DNA of 23,776 nt from Chiloscyllium plagiosum (taxonomy: Eukaryota): NCBI RefSeq assembly GCF_004010195.1, contig NC_057719.1, positions 79,658,503 to 79,682,278 on the forward strand, given 5' to 3'. This document shows, in pieces, positions 10,483 to 20,720 of the stretch; positions within the stretch are counted from its first letter, which is position 1, and every line of letters starts with the position of its first letter. The notes beneath the pieces were generated by a model. It saw only the letters and a list, made by a program, of their open reading frames with translations, did not search any database and was not told where the DNA came from. The translations under genes were made by a program, and so were the position numbers.

Positions 10483-10510
10483 TCACATGTTCTACATTCT
10501 GATTAGTAGA

Positions 10511-11128
10511 CCAATATCATTTATTGTATCCATTACACCCTATGCGGTCTCCTCTACACTGGCGAGACTGGACACCTCCTCACAGAGCGCTTCAGGGAAC
10601 ATCTCTGGGACACCCGCACCAATCAACCACACCACCCCGTGGCCCAACATTTCAACTCTCCCTCCCACTCTGCTGAGGACATGGAGGTCCTGGGCCTCCT
10701 CCACAGCCGCTCCCTCATCGCCTGACGTCTGAAGGAAGAACGCCTCATCTTCCACCTCGGAACACTTCAACCCCAGGGCATCAATGTGGACTTCAACAGT
10801 TTCCTCATTTCCCCTCCCCCCACCTTACCTCAGTTCCAACCTTCCAGCTCAGCACCATCCTCATGACCTGTCCTACCTGCCCATCTCCCTTCCTACCTAT
10901 CCGCTCCACCCTCCTCTCTGACCTATCACCTTTACCCCACCCCCATTCACCTATTGTACTCTTTGCTACCTTTTCCTCAGCCCCACCCTCCATACCCATT
11001 TATCTCTCCACCCTGGAGGCTCCTTGCCTCCATTCCTGATGAAGAGCTTTTGCCCGAAACATTGATTTTCCTGCTCCTCGGAAGCTGCCTAACCTGCTGT
11101 GCTTTTCCAGCACTACTCTGATCTAAAC
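10511..11128 (+). mobile_element. 5'-truncated Penelope-like element: GIY-YIG endonuclease pseudogene, C-rich 3' region and hammerhead-bearing terminal repeat
   Basis: From 10513: NIIYCIHYTLCGLLYTGETGHLLTERFREHL...PVAQHFNSPSHSAEDMEVLGLL...*RLKEERLIFHLGTLQPQGINVDF, with one TGA at 10723-10725. Followed by cctgatgaagagcttttgcccgaaac. Confidence 0.92.
11032..11067 (+). ncRNA. Decayed hammerhead motif (family 2)
   Basis: CUGAUGA-A-GAGC-UUUU-GCCC-GAAAC-AUU. Relative to sister copies there is a stem II mismatch and acgtcg has become acattg (double CpG decay). Confidence 0.6.
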
Positions 11129-11399
11129 AATGACTATATCAGTCGATTAAGGTATTGGTATAGCATTGGCATGGAACCAAGTCCCATTCAACATCTCTAA
11201 TGTACTCTTTGACCAGAAATGGGTCCCATTCTGGCAACAAACTAATTTAAAAACTCATCTTCAAGAATTCCCTAAGTAGCCTCACCCCTCCCTACCCACT
11301 GTACTTAAGCCTCAGATAACTTCCCAATTCTCCTACTCCAGACTTCATGTATTCCCTTTCCCATTGGCAGGCATGCCTTCTATCTTTCTAGATTCTAAG

Positions 11400-12056
11400 C
11401 CTGAGGCGAAGCCAGGCTTGATATTGTATTTGATCTCAATTCAGCCAATTATCAGCTCCAAGGTTGAAGATGATTAATTCTACCTCTGTAATATTGTTCA
11501 TCTCTGATCCTTCCTCAACCCAGTTGGTCATCCATGTCTTTACTACTTACTCTGTCCTGGGTGACATCCCATCTTCCACTCACGAATAAATGCTTGCACA
11601 TTCTAATTCCTGCTGCCAGCAGCCTAACACATACCAAGCCTCAGCTTCTCATCACCCCTGAGCTCAATGATTTATACTGGCTTTTGAGCTGGAAAGCCTC
11701 AATTTTAAAATCGTCACTTCTGTTTTCAAGTCCCCACATTGTAATCATTGTCTCCACCCTGTGACCTACGCCAGTCCAGGAAACATTCAAGATCTCTGCA
11801 CTCATTCAATTTTGGCCTCTTGCTGTACATCTCAGATCTTATCACCTCCATCATTGGCTGCTGTCCCTCCATTCAAATGTTGTGACACTAAGCTCTGGAT
11901 TTTTTGCCCTAAATCTCTCTTTCTTGCCTCTACCTCCTTGACCAAGATTTTCATCATCTTCTGTGGAACAGAGTCAGCATATCTTTCACTTATAAGACCC
12001 TTAAGTGCCTTATAACATTTGTTAAATTAAATGTACAATTTAAATGCAAATTATTG
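11400..12056 (+). mobile_element. Decayed L2 LINE 3' portion
   Basis: AASSLTHTKPQLLITPELNDLYWL matches the L2 motif AARILT...HITPxLxxLHWLP. It continues aattttaaaatc...gttttcaagtcc (FKI..VFKS) and ends in a taaatgcaa tail. Confidence 0.75.
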
Positions 12057-12842
12057 CCCACTCTGCATACAAACTAAAGAAGAAAGCTTACCTAATGTAA
12101 AAAGAAGACAATCCTCTCATTTGAACATAATTTAAGTGATTAAAATGGGTTTTATATTGTTCCCCTATTCAGGAGTTAATACATTTGATGATTGCTGTTT
12201 TGTGAGGGAGAGCTTCCTAATATTAATCCTTCATTTGAATTTATTGGGATTGTTTCCTGCTGTATGTATGTTCTACATTTCCTTTTATTTCACGGTGTAC
12301 CATCTAAAAGTAGCCTTCAGAGGCTGGAAACCCCATTTTCCTCCAGGCTCCCTTCATAATTCTTGTCATGTTCCTTCTGACAGACAAATGGGCCTTGACT
12401 CTCCATAATCAGGATGGCAACAATGTGCAATCACATAATGACTTCAGTCCAGAAAAGCATCCCAAACCACTTCATAATTTAATCAGACAAAAATGGACAC
12501 ATTGGTTGATGCTGTTGGACCATTCTAATATTTCACATGGTGTGTTGTTAAAGTTTTGTCTGATTACACTTGGGTGCAACAGACTACTTTAAGGAACTAA
12601 GTAATTGCAAGATGTTATTGTGGTTAGCTGAACTCAAAATTGGCTGCATTTGTGACATTAAACACAGGTCGTTTGGTTCCTGAGCATACTCTACCATTCA
12701 ATTACATTCAGTTTATCCATCTGAACTGTGTTTACTCACCTTGGTTCCTTACTTGAGAAAGATTTGGCAATCCTGGTTTTGCAATATTTAATTAATTAAA
12801 TTGCAGTAGATTTTATTTAATTGAAAATTGCAAAACTGTGAT

Positions 12843-12960
12843 CGTTTCATGGATTACAGCCTTTCATTGCCAGATTTTATTTTCAAACCAACATTTTAAA
12901 CACCCTGTTGGGATTTGAACTCTCATTTGAGCAGATTAATTAGACAGCGGACTGGTAGTG
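12843..12960 (-). mobile_element. Decayed tRNA-SINE fragment
   Basis: ccagattttatt...gggatttgaactc resembles 19888-19942. Confidence 0.35.
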
Positions 12961-13105
12961 CTGAAGCTGCAACAACATCACCAAGACAAGTGGTCACTGC
13001 ATAGGTTTGCAGGTATTGGAAGAAAACATTTCAGAAATTCACAGGGCCATAGATCAGGTTTCTGCTTTCCCCGGATGGGAACCCTTCTTTGACCCAAGGA
13101 ACCAA

Positions 13106-13262
13106 CTTTTTATTCGTTCAAGAGATATGGGCATCACTGGCTAGACCAGCATTTATTTCCCAACCCTAATTGCCCTTCAGAAGGTGATCTGCCTTCACGA
13201 ACCTCGGTAGCCTGTATAATGTAGGTAAATCCACTAAGCTTTTAGGAAGTTCCGGGATTTTT
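13106..13262 (-). mobile_element. LINE-B 3' end fragment
   Basis: ttttattcgttcaagagatatgggcatcactggctagaccagcatttatttcccaaccctaattgcccttcagaagg is the reverse complement of the LINE-B tail. Confidence 0.75.
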
Positions 13263-13314
13263 ACTAGCCTCTCTGCCTCCCATTGCACCTCTTGGGAATT
13301 GTTAAAATCCTGGC

Positions 13315-13372
13315 TGTTAACTCTATTCCTCTCTCTGCGGCTGCTGTCTGACCTGCTGACAATTTCCAGTTT
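13315..13372 (+). mobile_element. Short Penelope-like terminal-repeat remnant (hammerhead core lost)
   Basis: gttaactct...ctgctgtctgacctgctgacaatttccag is similar to 19987-20040. Confidence 0.5.
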
Positions 13373-13989
13373 TTAATCAGTTTTGGATCAAAAGGTATTT
13401 TCCTTATGTGAACAAAGTCTATCAAACTTTCTGATCTCTTGCCATGTGCTATAGGTCCAAAGTTATTTTTGATCTCTTACACTTTGTTTGTTTTATTTTT
13501 AAGTGAGGGCTGCATGATTTCTACTTCCTTTTTGATCAATAAGTGTTAACATCTTCTGGCCAACAGGCTTTATTGCACTAATTTGTCATCCTTTTATCTG
13601 TGGAACTAGTTTTTTTATGCCGTGTAATGTTCAGCCAAGTGCAAGAAAGACTGTGGGTCCAGAGATACTTACAGGTGAAAGTATTTAAGGTAACTCACTC
13701 ACTTCATGGGCGTTAAAGCTGTATATGTTTTCATTAGGCTTGAGATCTGGCAGAATTCCCTTCACACCACCCACGTTCAGAGCCACATTAAGTAATTACT
13801 ACCCTCTGAGAACCTTTCTTGCTTCTTCACAGTTTCTGTTCAGCTACAATTAAGCAGGCAATCATTCCAATGAGAAAGATAATGTCCTGAATTGGCCATC
13901 AAATCTGCAGAGTCTTTGTGAAGATCTGAGTTTCCCTTCAAGCGGGAGGTGGTGAATCTTTATTCATTCCTGGGATGTGAGCATTTATT

Positions 13990-14193
13990 AGGAGAAAGTG
14001 AGGACTGCAAATGCTGGAGATTAGAGTTGAGAGTGTGGTGCTGGAAATGCACAGCAGGTCAGGCAGCATCCGAGGAGCAGGAGAGTTGACGTTTCGGGCA
14101 AAAGCCCTTCATCAGGAATGAGTCTGTGAGCCAAGGGGGTGGTGAGATAAATGGGAGGGAGGTGGGGCTGGGGGGAAGGTAGCTGAGAGTGCG
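13990..14193 (-). mobile_element. Penelope-like element 3' end (family 2)
   Basis: Reverse complement matches 10955-11125 and 6602-6724, and it ends at the same ctttctcct terminus as 6724. Confidence 0.9.
14088..14115 (-). ncRNA. Minimal hammerhead motif (family 2), intact core
   Basis: Minus strand reads CUGAUGA-A-GGGC-UUUU-GCCC-GAAAC-GUC. The first stem I pair is disrupted (G>A). Confidence 0.65.
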
Positions 14194-14964
14194 CACTCTC
14201 AAGAAGTTATTAGTGAGTTGCCTTCTTGACCTGCTGCAGTCCATGTGCTATATCTAGATCACTCGTTGGGGAGGGATCTTGATTGAACAACGCTGAAAGA
14301 ATGACAATATATTTCCAAGTCAAAATGATGAATAGCTTGAAGGGGAACTGGTAGCTGATAGTGTTCATATGTACCTGCCACCATTGTCACCACCTACATG
14401 GTAGCGGTGTGGGTTTGGAAGATGCTGTCTGCGGAGAATTGGTGGATTTCTGCAGGGCATTATGTCAACAGTACACACTACAGCCACTGAGCATCGGTGA
14501 TGGAGGGAGTGAATGTTTGCGGATGTGACACCAATCAAATGGGCTGCTCCGTCCTGGATAGCGTCAAACTTCATGAGTATCTTGAATCGAGTGACTAAAT
14601 ACAGTAACTAAGTTACTAAAACAGCAATGATTCACCAAATCCCCACTACATCTTTTTAATCTTTCTTGTTCCATCTTGTGAACAAGAGACCACAAAGATA
14701 TGACAAGCCATGAAAATATCGATGCATCATCCTCCTCTTAACTTGTTATTCATTCAGAAAGTTGGCATATTTGTCCAGCTGTCTTGTGAAAAATGGTGCA
14801 TTGGGAATGAATGTGGTCTCCATTCTGTTTGGCTCAGTCTTTACCTTCAGAATACCTCTGAAAACTGCTTAATATTCCACTCCACACAAATTTTGAGTTC
14901 AGTATCTTGTCATTTCCTCCAGGCCATTCCATCTCCTTCCACTTTGTCAGTAACTACAATGGCA

Positions 14965-15505
14965 AGTAGCAAAACTGTCAAAAAGACTAATGGACCCTTC
15001 CATTATTCATTATAACTAGAGGGCTTGAGCAAAACAGGGAGCAGGTTTTGCTACAATTACGCAAGGCCCTGTTTAAGTCACATTCGCAGCACTGTGGCTC
15101 AAGGCACCTTTGAATGGATATATTGCTCTTGGAATGGATACATGGTAGATTCATCAAAATGTTACCAGAACTCCAGGGATTCGAATATGAGCAGTGATTC
15201 ATATTTGCAATATTGCAAACAATTCTCAGTCTCTATATTATAAGAATGGGCATAGAGGGTCACATAGAGCACAAGCACCATCACAGTCACATTGAAAAGA
15301 TATCGTTGTTTCCATGGTTTGCGATCACATAAGTTAGTCTTGAATTCTCAAGATTGTAATAGGAAAAGGAATGATTTGATTGAGGTTTTTGGGATTTTGT
15401 AAGGAGTTCAATTGGTGGGTTGAGGAAATCTTTTCCTGATTGTGAGTTAGTCAGTCCAAGGGAAAGTAAACCTTAATAAACAGAGCCGCATCATTAAAGG
15501 AGGAA
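14965..15505 (+). mobile_element. Old CR1 ORF2 C-terminal relic
   Basis: Fragments KTVKKTNG, ITRGLEQNREQVLLQLRKAL, IHGRFIKMLPELQGFEYE and NDLIEVF parallel 4654-4960. Confidence 0.65.
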
Positions 15506-15526
15506 AGTAGAATGTTTAAAGTGTGT

Positions 15527-17115
15527 TAGAATCATAGAGTCGTAGAGATGTACTGCACAGAAACAGACCCTTCAGTCCAACTCCTCCAAGCCGACCAAAT
15601 GTCCTAAATTAATCTAGTCCCATTTGCCAGCACTTGGCCCATATCCCTCTAAGCCCTTTCTATTCATATACTCACCCAGATGCCTTTTAAATGCTGTGAA
15701 TGTACCAGCTTCTATCACATCCTTTGGCAGCTCATTCCATACACGTACCAGTCTCTGCGTGAAAAGGTTGCCCCTCAGATCTCTTTTAAATCTTTCCCTT
15801 CTCAACTTAAAACTATGCTCTCTAGTTACAGACTCATCTACCCCAGGGAATCTATTTACCCTATCCATGCCCTCATGATTTTAGGATCCTCTATAAGGTC
15901 ACCCCCTCAGCCTTTGATGTTCCAGGGAAAACAGCCCCAGCCTGTTCAGCCTCTCCCTAATGCTCAAACCTTCCAACCCTGGCAGCATCCTTGTAAATCT
16001 TTTCTGAACCCTTTCAAGTTTCACAACGTCCTTCGTATAGCATGGAGACCAGAATTGCACACAGTTTTCCAATTAGTGTTGTAACCAATGTCCTGCACAG
16101 CCACAACACGACCTCCCAACTCTTATACTCAATGCACTGACCAATAAAGGCAAATATATCAAACACCTTCTTCACTATCCCATCTACCTGTGACTCCACT
16201 TTCAAGGAATTGTGAGCCTGCACTCTAAGGAATGTTTGTTCAGCAACACTCCCTGGGACCTTACCACTAATTTTATAAGTCCTGCTCTGATTTGCATTTC
16301 CAAAATGTAGCACCTCACAGTTATATAAAATTAAACTCCACCTGTCACTCCTCAGCCCATTGGCCCATCTGATCAAGATTCCATTGTAATCTGAGGTAAC
16401 CTTCTTCACTATCTACTACACCTCCAACTTTAGTGTCACCTGCACACTTACTAACTATACTTCCATTATACACATCCAAATAATTTATATAAATGACAAA
16501 AAGCAGTGGAGGCAGCACCGATCCTCACTGAGACTGGTGAGCAAGGTTAGACCACATAGAATACAGTAGAACTATCTATTTGGATGCAAAACTGGCTCAA
16601 AGGTAGAAGACAGAGGGTGGTGGTAGAGGGTTGCTTTTCAGACTGGAAGCCTGTAACCAGCACACCACCGGTCACAGGCCTCCAGTCTGAAAAGCAACCA
16701 TCCACCACCACCCTCTGTCTTCTACCTTTGAGCCAGTTTTGCATCCAAATACATAGTTCTACCTGTATTCTATATGGTCTAACCTTGCTCACCAGTCTCC
16801 CTTGGGGAACCTTGTTGAACGTCTTACTGAAGTCCACATAGATCTCGTTCACCACTCAGCCCTCATCAATCCTCCTTCCAGTCTGAAAAGCAACCCTCTA
16901 CCACCACCCTCTGTCTTCTACCTTTGAGCCAGTTTTGCATCCAATTCTACCTGTATTCTATGTGGTCTAACCTTGCTCACCAGTCTCCCTTGGGGAACCT
17001 TGTTGAACGTCTTACTGAAGTCCATATAGATCTCGTTCACCACCCAGCCCTCATCAATCCTCTTTGTTACTTCTTCAAAAAACTCAATCAAGTTCTTGAG
17101 ACACAATTTCCCATG
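15527..17115 (-). mobile_element. CR1/HER1-type LINE, ~1.6 kb 3' portion with internal rearrangement
   Basis: Minus ORFs give CLKNLIEFFEEVTKRIDEG..IYMDFSKTFNKVPQGRL, NWLKGRRQRVVVDGCFSDWRPVT, CEVLHFG and TREHSFKLRRERFK...WNELP. Tail catagagtcgtagag at the left end. Confidence 0.95.
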
Positions 17116-17132
17116 CTTTGTCTCTATGTCTT

Positions 17133-17465
17133 GGGGGAGGCAATGTGCATAGTGGTAACATTACTGAGTGAGCGATCCAGAACCCCAGGTTAATATTCTC
17201 GGGACATGTTTTTGAAACCCACATGAAAGACGGTGAAATTTGAATTCAAATAAAGCTAACCACTCTTCACTGTCAGAAAACAAAACTTACTTGGTTCATC
17301 AATATCCTTTGGAGAAGGTAGTCTACCATTCTTGCAAGGTCCGGCCTGCATGTGACTCTAGACTCACAACAATGTGGTTGACTCTTAACTGTCCACAAGG
17401 CAATTAGGGTGGGCAATAAATGCTGACCTGGCCTGTGATACCCATACCCCATGAACTTTTAAAAC
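17133..17465 (+). mobile_element. tRNA-derived SINE with LINE-B-like 3' tail
   Basis: Head ggaggcaatgtgcatagtggtaa; body gcatgtgactctagactcacaacaatgtggttgactcttaactg; tail gggcaattagggtgggcaataaatgctg. Homologous to the reverse complement of 19659-20118. Confidence 0.8.
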
Positions 17466-18385
17466 AAAATCGCCTTACATTGCTTTACTGAGGAATGACA
17501 TTCTGACTTATGACATTGAGGATGCTATACAAATGCAAGTTGTTGCTGATTGACCCTCACCTGTATTTAGGGTGATTTACCAAGTTCCAGATAATGGTCA
17601 TGACCAATGTGTGATTCAGCTTTCAAACTTGTTGTCATGACAACACCTGTCTTCTGATCTCTGTCCAATGGCTGCATGAAATGATGGGACCTGAATTCAT
17701 TAGTGCCCGAAGCGAGGGGAGGGGAGTGGGTAGCAAGACAAGGCAAATGGCAATGCCAACACCATGAGGGCAGGGAGGCCCGAAAACTTCCAAATGGGTT
17801 TCAGGTCTCATTCTCATAATGAGACATTACTAGGCCTTCAGATGGATGAGTCTGGTAGATGGAACCAGCTGAGAATTCACCAGTAACACAGAGGCAACAA
17901 TCATCACCATGTTGGTGGGCCTCAGAGTTTCCAAGTCAGAGTCTTGGGCAATGGAGTGTTGCAATGTAAAGTAATCATGGAGTCCACAAAGTCAGGTGAT
18001 GGCATTACAACCAATATGACCGCACAAACATTTAAATTGGAAATGCTTTACAGCTCAGTCACCCACCAGGCATGACCATTAATCACATTCAGCAAACCTT
18101 GCTAAACACTGGTAGGGGCCAATTAACAGTGAATATTGGTAATTAGCTACAGTCCACAAAGGCATTTCTTTCTATTACAGAGACACCATTATGCAGCTTG
18201 AGGTGTACCACTCCACAAGCAAGGAGGCAAGTCTCTCCATGAGCTACCACAGCCAGAACATCCACCTGCACTGTTGGTGTCATGTTGCATCACACACTAG
18301 CCATTCTAAGTTCGCCACCTTGTAAAACACCTGTAACATTGTAAAGCATTCCATTGCACTTCAATACCAAACCACACAAGGTGAT

Positions 18386-18505
18386 AGAACAGATGTGGGC
18401 CAAGTGCTGGCAAATGGGACCAGATTAATTTAGGATATCTGGTCGGCATGGATGAGTTGAACTGAAGAGTCTGTTTCTGTGCTGTACATCTCTATTACTC
18501 TATGA
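18386..18505 (+). mobile_element. CR1/HER1-type LINE extreme 3' end
   Basis: gggccaagtgctggcaaatgggac...tgtgctgtacatctctattactctatgac. Confidence 0.85.
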
Positions 18506-18685
18506 CAGACAACCAAAAGCTTGGTCAGAGTAGTAGGTTCTAAGGAGTATCTTAAAGCAGAGGTGTTGCTGGACTGGGAGTCAATATGAACCAGCAAGCA
18601 CTGACTTGATGTAAAGTAGGACAAATACACTAGAGCTTTGGATGACCAAAGTTGCAATGTACGAAAGCTGGATGGTCAGGAGTGA
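18506..18685 (-). mobile_element. Decayed L2-type fragment
   Basis: accaaaagcttggtcagagtagtaggttctaaggagtatcttaaag and agagctttggatga (reverse frame IQSS, compare L2 IQNSAA). Confidence 0.5.
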
Positions 18686-18896
18686 TCCCACAGATCATGC
18701 TTTAGATATTGTCCACCCTCTTCAGTGTAGCAGTGAGGGATCTTTTACAACAGCCAAAAACTTGGTTTTAAGTATCCTCAAAAGACAACCTCTGATGGGG
18801 AAAGTGTAAGAGCGGGACAGACACTGAGATGTTAGGAGGGAGAATGCAAGTGTGGAAGAGTGAGATGGAGGGAAGACTGAGTGAGACTAAGAGCTA

Positions 18897-19147
18897 CACC
18901 CTCAGGAGACTGTCTGTGTGGAGTTTGTACATAGCCTCCATGCCCACATGGGTTTTCTTCAGGTGCTCCAGTCTCTTCCCACAGTCCAATGGTGTGCAGA
19001 TTAGATGGGTTGACCATAGGAAATGAAGAGTTACAGGGAGAGGGTAGGAGTGTGGGTCTGGGTGGAATGCGCTTCAGATGGTTGGTGTGGACTCAAGGGG
19101 CCGAATGGCCTGCTTCTCCACTGTAGGGATTCAACAATTTTATGATT
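18897..19147 (+). mobile_element. HE1-like SINE, 5'-truncated
   Basis: gactgtctgtgtggagtttgtacat...ttcccacagtccaa...ggggccgaatggcctgcttctccactgtagggattc is homologous to 8220-8490. Confidence 0.85.
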
Positions 19148-19954
19148 TGGAGGGTAGACCACAAGTTGATTGGATGAGTCCAGAGAGTTAGCATTTAGCA
19201 GAAAGGCAATGGAAGGGGAAACAAAATAACTTGTCAAAATGAGGGCCAAGATCTTCTGGTTTCTGGATATACCCTGGAAGATGTGCTATGGAACACATGA
19301 TGACACTAGGAATTCACTGGGTAATGCATGGGAAGTTTCCCTGAATCCCTGGACCCTCTGAAATAATCTCAGAAAGTTCCAATTTAATTACTTGGATAGT
19401 TATCCAGGAAGGGTTGAGCACGAGAAAGTCTAACTCCTGGCCAGCCTGGCAACAGATACCCCTGCCAACCCCATCCTGACTGCTTACAGACCCCAGAGAG
19501 ACCCTGCCTCTCTGCTCCCCCTTTCACACACTATCCTACTAGCCAGCTTAGCTTTTCAAAAGAATCTTGGGAAATGATTTAGCTGAGATAGTGCCCCTGA
19601 AAAAAGAGGGATGTGGCTCCTGCTAAGATTCTCTACGCCACTTCCCACGCCAAATTTTGTTTTATTCATTCAAGGGATGAGGGCCTCGCTGGCAGACAGC
19701 ATTTATTGCCCATCCCTAATTGCACAGAGGGCAGTTTAGAGTCAACAACATTGTTATGGGTCTGGAGTCACATGTTGACAAGACCAGGTAAGGATGACAG
19801 TTTCCTTCCCTGAAGCACATCAGTGAACCAGATGGGGTTTTTCCAACAATCGACAATAGATTCACGGTCATCATTAAACTCTTAATTACAGATTTGTCAT
19901 TGAATTCAAATTGCACCATCTGTCATGACGGGATTTGAACCCAGGTCCCCAGGC

Positions 19955-20065
19955 CAGTTCTGAGGAAGGGTCACCCGGCCCGAAACGTGAACTCTGATCT
20001 CTGTCCACAGGTGCTGCCGGACCTGCTGAGCTTTTCCAGCAAATTCTGTATCTGTTGGTTTTTGT
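19955..20065 (+). mobile_element. Penelope-like terminal fragment (family 3) starting at a hammerhead motif
   Basis: agttctgaggaagggtcacccggcccgaaacgtgaactct...gctgccggacctgctgagcttttccagca shares the gctgcc.gacctgctg...ttttccagca block with family 2. Confidence 0.75.
19956..19993 (+). ncRNA. Minimal type I hammerhead motif (family 3), cleavage triplet mutated
   Basis: Stem I AGUU/AACU, CUGAGGA 19960-19966, extra A, stem II GGGUC/GGCCC, GAAAC 19982-19986, triplet GUG. Confidence 0.65.
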
Positions 20066-20329
20066 AGGCTGTGGTCGCTGGATTAATAGTCTAGCGATCA
20101 TACCACCAGACCATCACCCCCCCCCCCCCCTCTGGAGGATCTTCTGTCCCCAGATAGGTCAAAAAGAAATCAGGGAGCTTCTTTTGTTGAGGGCAGATCG
20201 GGTCAGGAATGGGCTAATCGGAAGGTCTGGACTGAGAGCTGCCAGTCTGAATGGAAAATGAGAGGGAGCTGGTGAACGTCCAACTCTGCCACTGTCCACA
20301 CTCCAACTATATGCTCTCCCTCTCTCTCT

Positions 20330-20720
20330 CTCTAACCGCCCTTGTTTATTTCCCTCTGTCCTCAGACAACCTCCCGTGACTGAGCCGAGCACTCGCAGTT
20401 CTGTTGTTTACATCTGTTCCCCAGGTTTCAGTCTCGTGACAGCAAACCAGAGGCTGTTCCCCTCCCCCTCCAACATGACCAGCCACGCCCCAGAGCCTGC
20501 ACTTTACTGACTTGTTGACATTCAATAGAGAGAGAGAGACAGAGTGGGGGCTGGGGGGGGGGGGAGTTGAGATTTAGCTTCTGCCAGTCGTAAAATCAAC
20601 AGAGTGTAAATCTCAGAGTAGCTGAGATCAGCAGAAGGCTGCTGGGGGCAGGAGGAGGTCAAGGCTGCAGCTTTCCTAAAAAAAAAGTCGAAAATATTAT
20701 TTGTTTGAAAAAAAAAACAC
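20330..20720. promoter_or_regulatory. Candidate enhancer/promoter with clustered Forkhead and KLF/SP motifs
   Basis: TGTTTATT 20343, TGTTTAC 20405, GCCACGCCC 20482, TGTTGAC 20513 and TATTTGTTT 20698 in sequence with no recognisable TE. Motif match only. Confidence 0.35.

Larger units (their letters stand above)
13958..14580 (-). mobile_element. LINE-B 3' portion interrupted by a Penelope-like element
   Basis: ORF 14365-14574 translates KFDAIQDGAAHLIG...NIHSLHHRCSVAVVCT...LRRQHLPNP. The tail tttattcattcctgggatgtg lies at 13958. Confidence 0.85.
19659..20118 (-). mobile_element. tRNA-derived SINE (same family as 17133) interrupted by a Penelope-like fragment
   Basis: B-box-like reverse complement gggttcaaatccc at 19930-19942. 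Tail ttttattcattc...agcatttattgcccatccctaattgc. The head resumes after 20066. Confidence 0.85.

Noticed and set aside
12730..12750. Minus-strand splice donor CAAG|GTGAGT
   Set aside because: It appears to lie in a decayed repeat fragment, and I found no convincing upstream acceptor or open exon.
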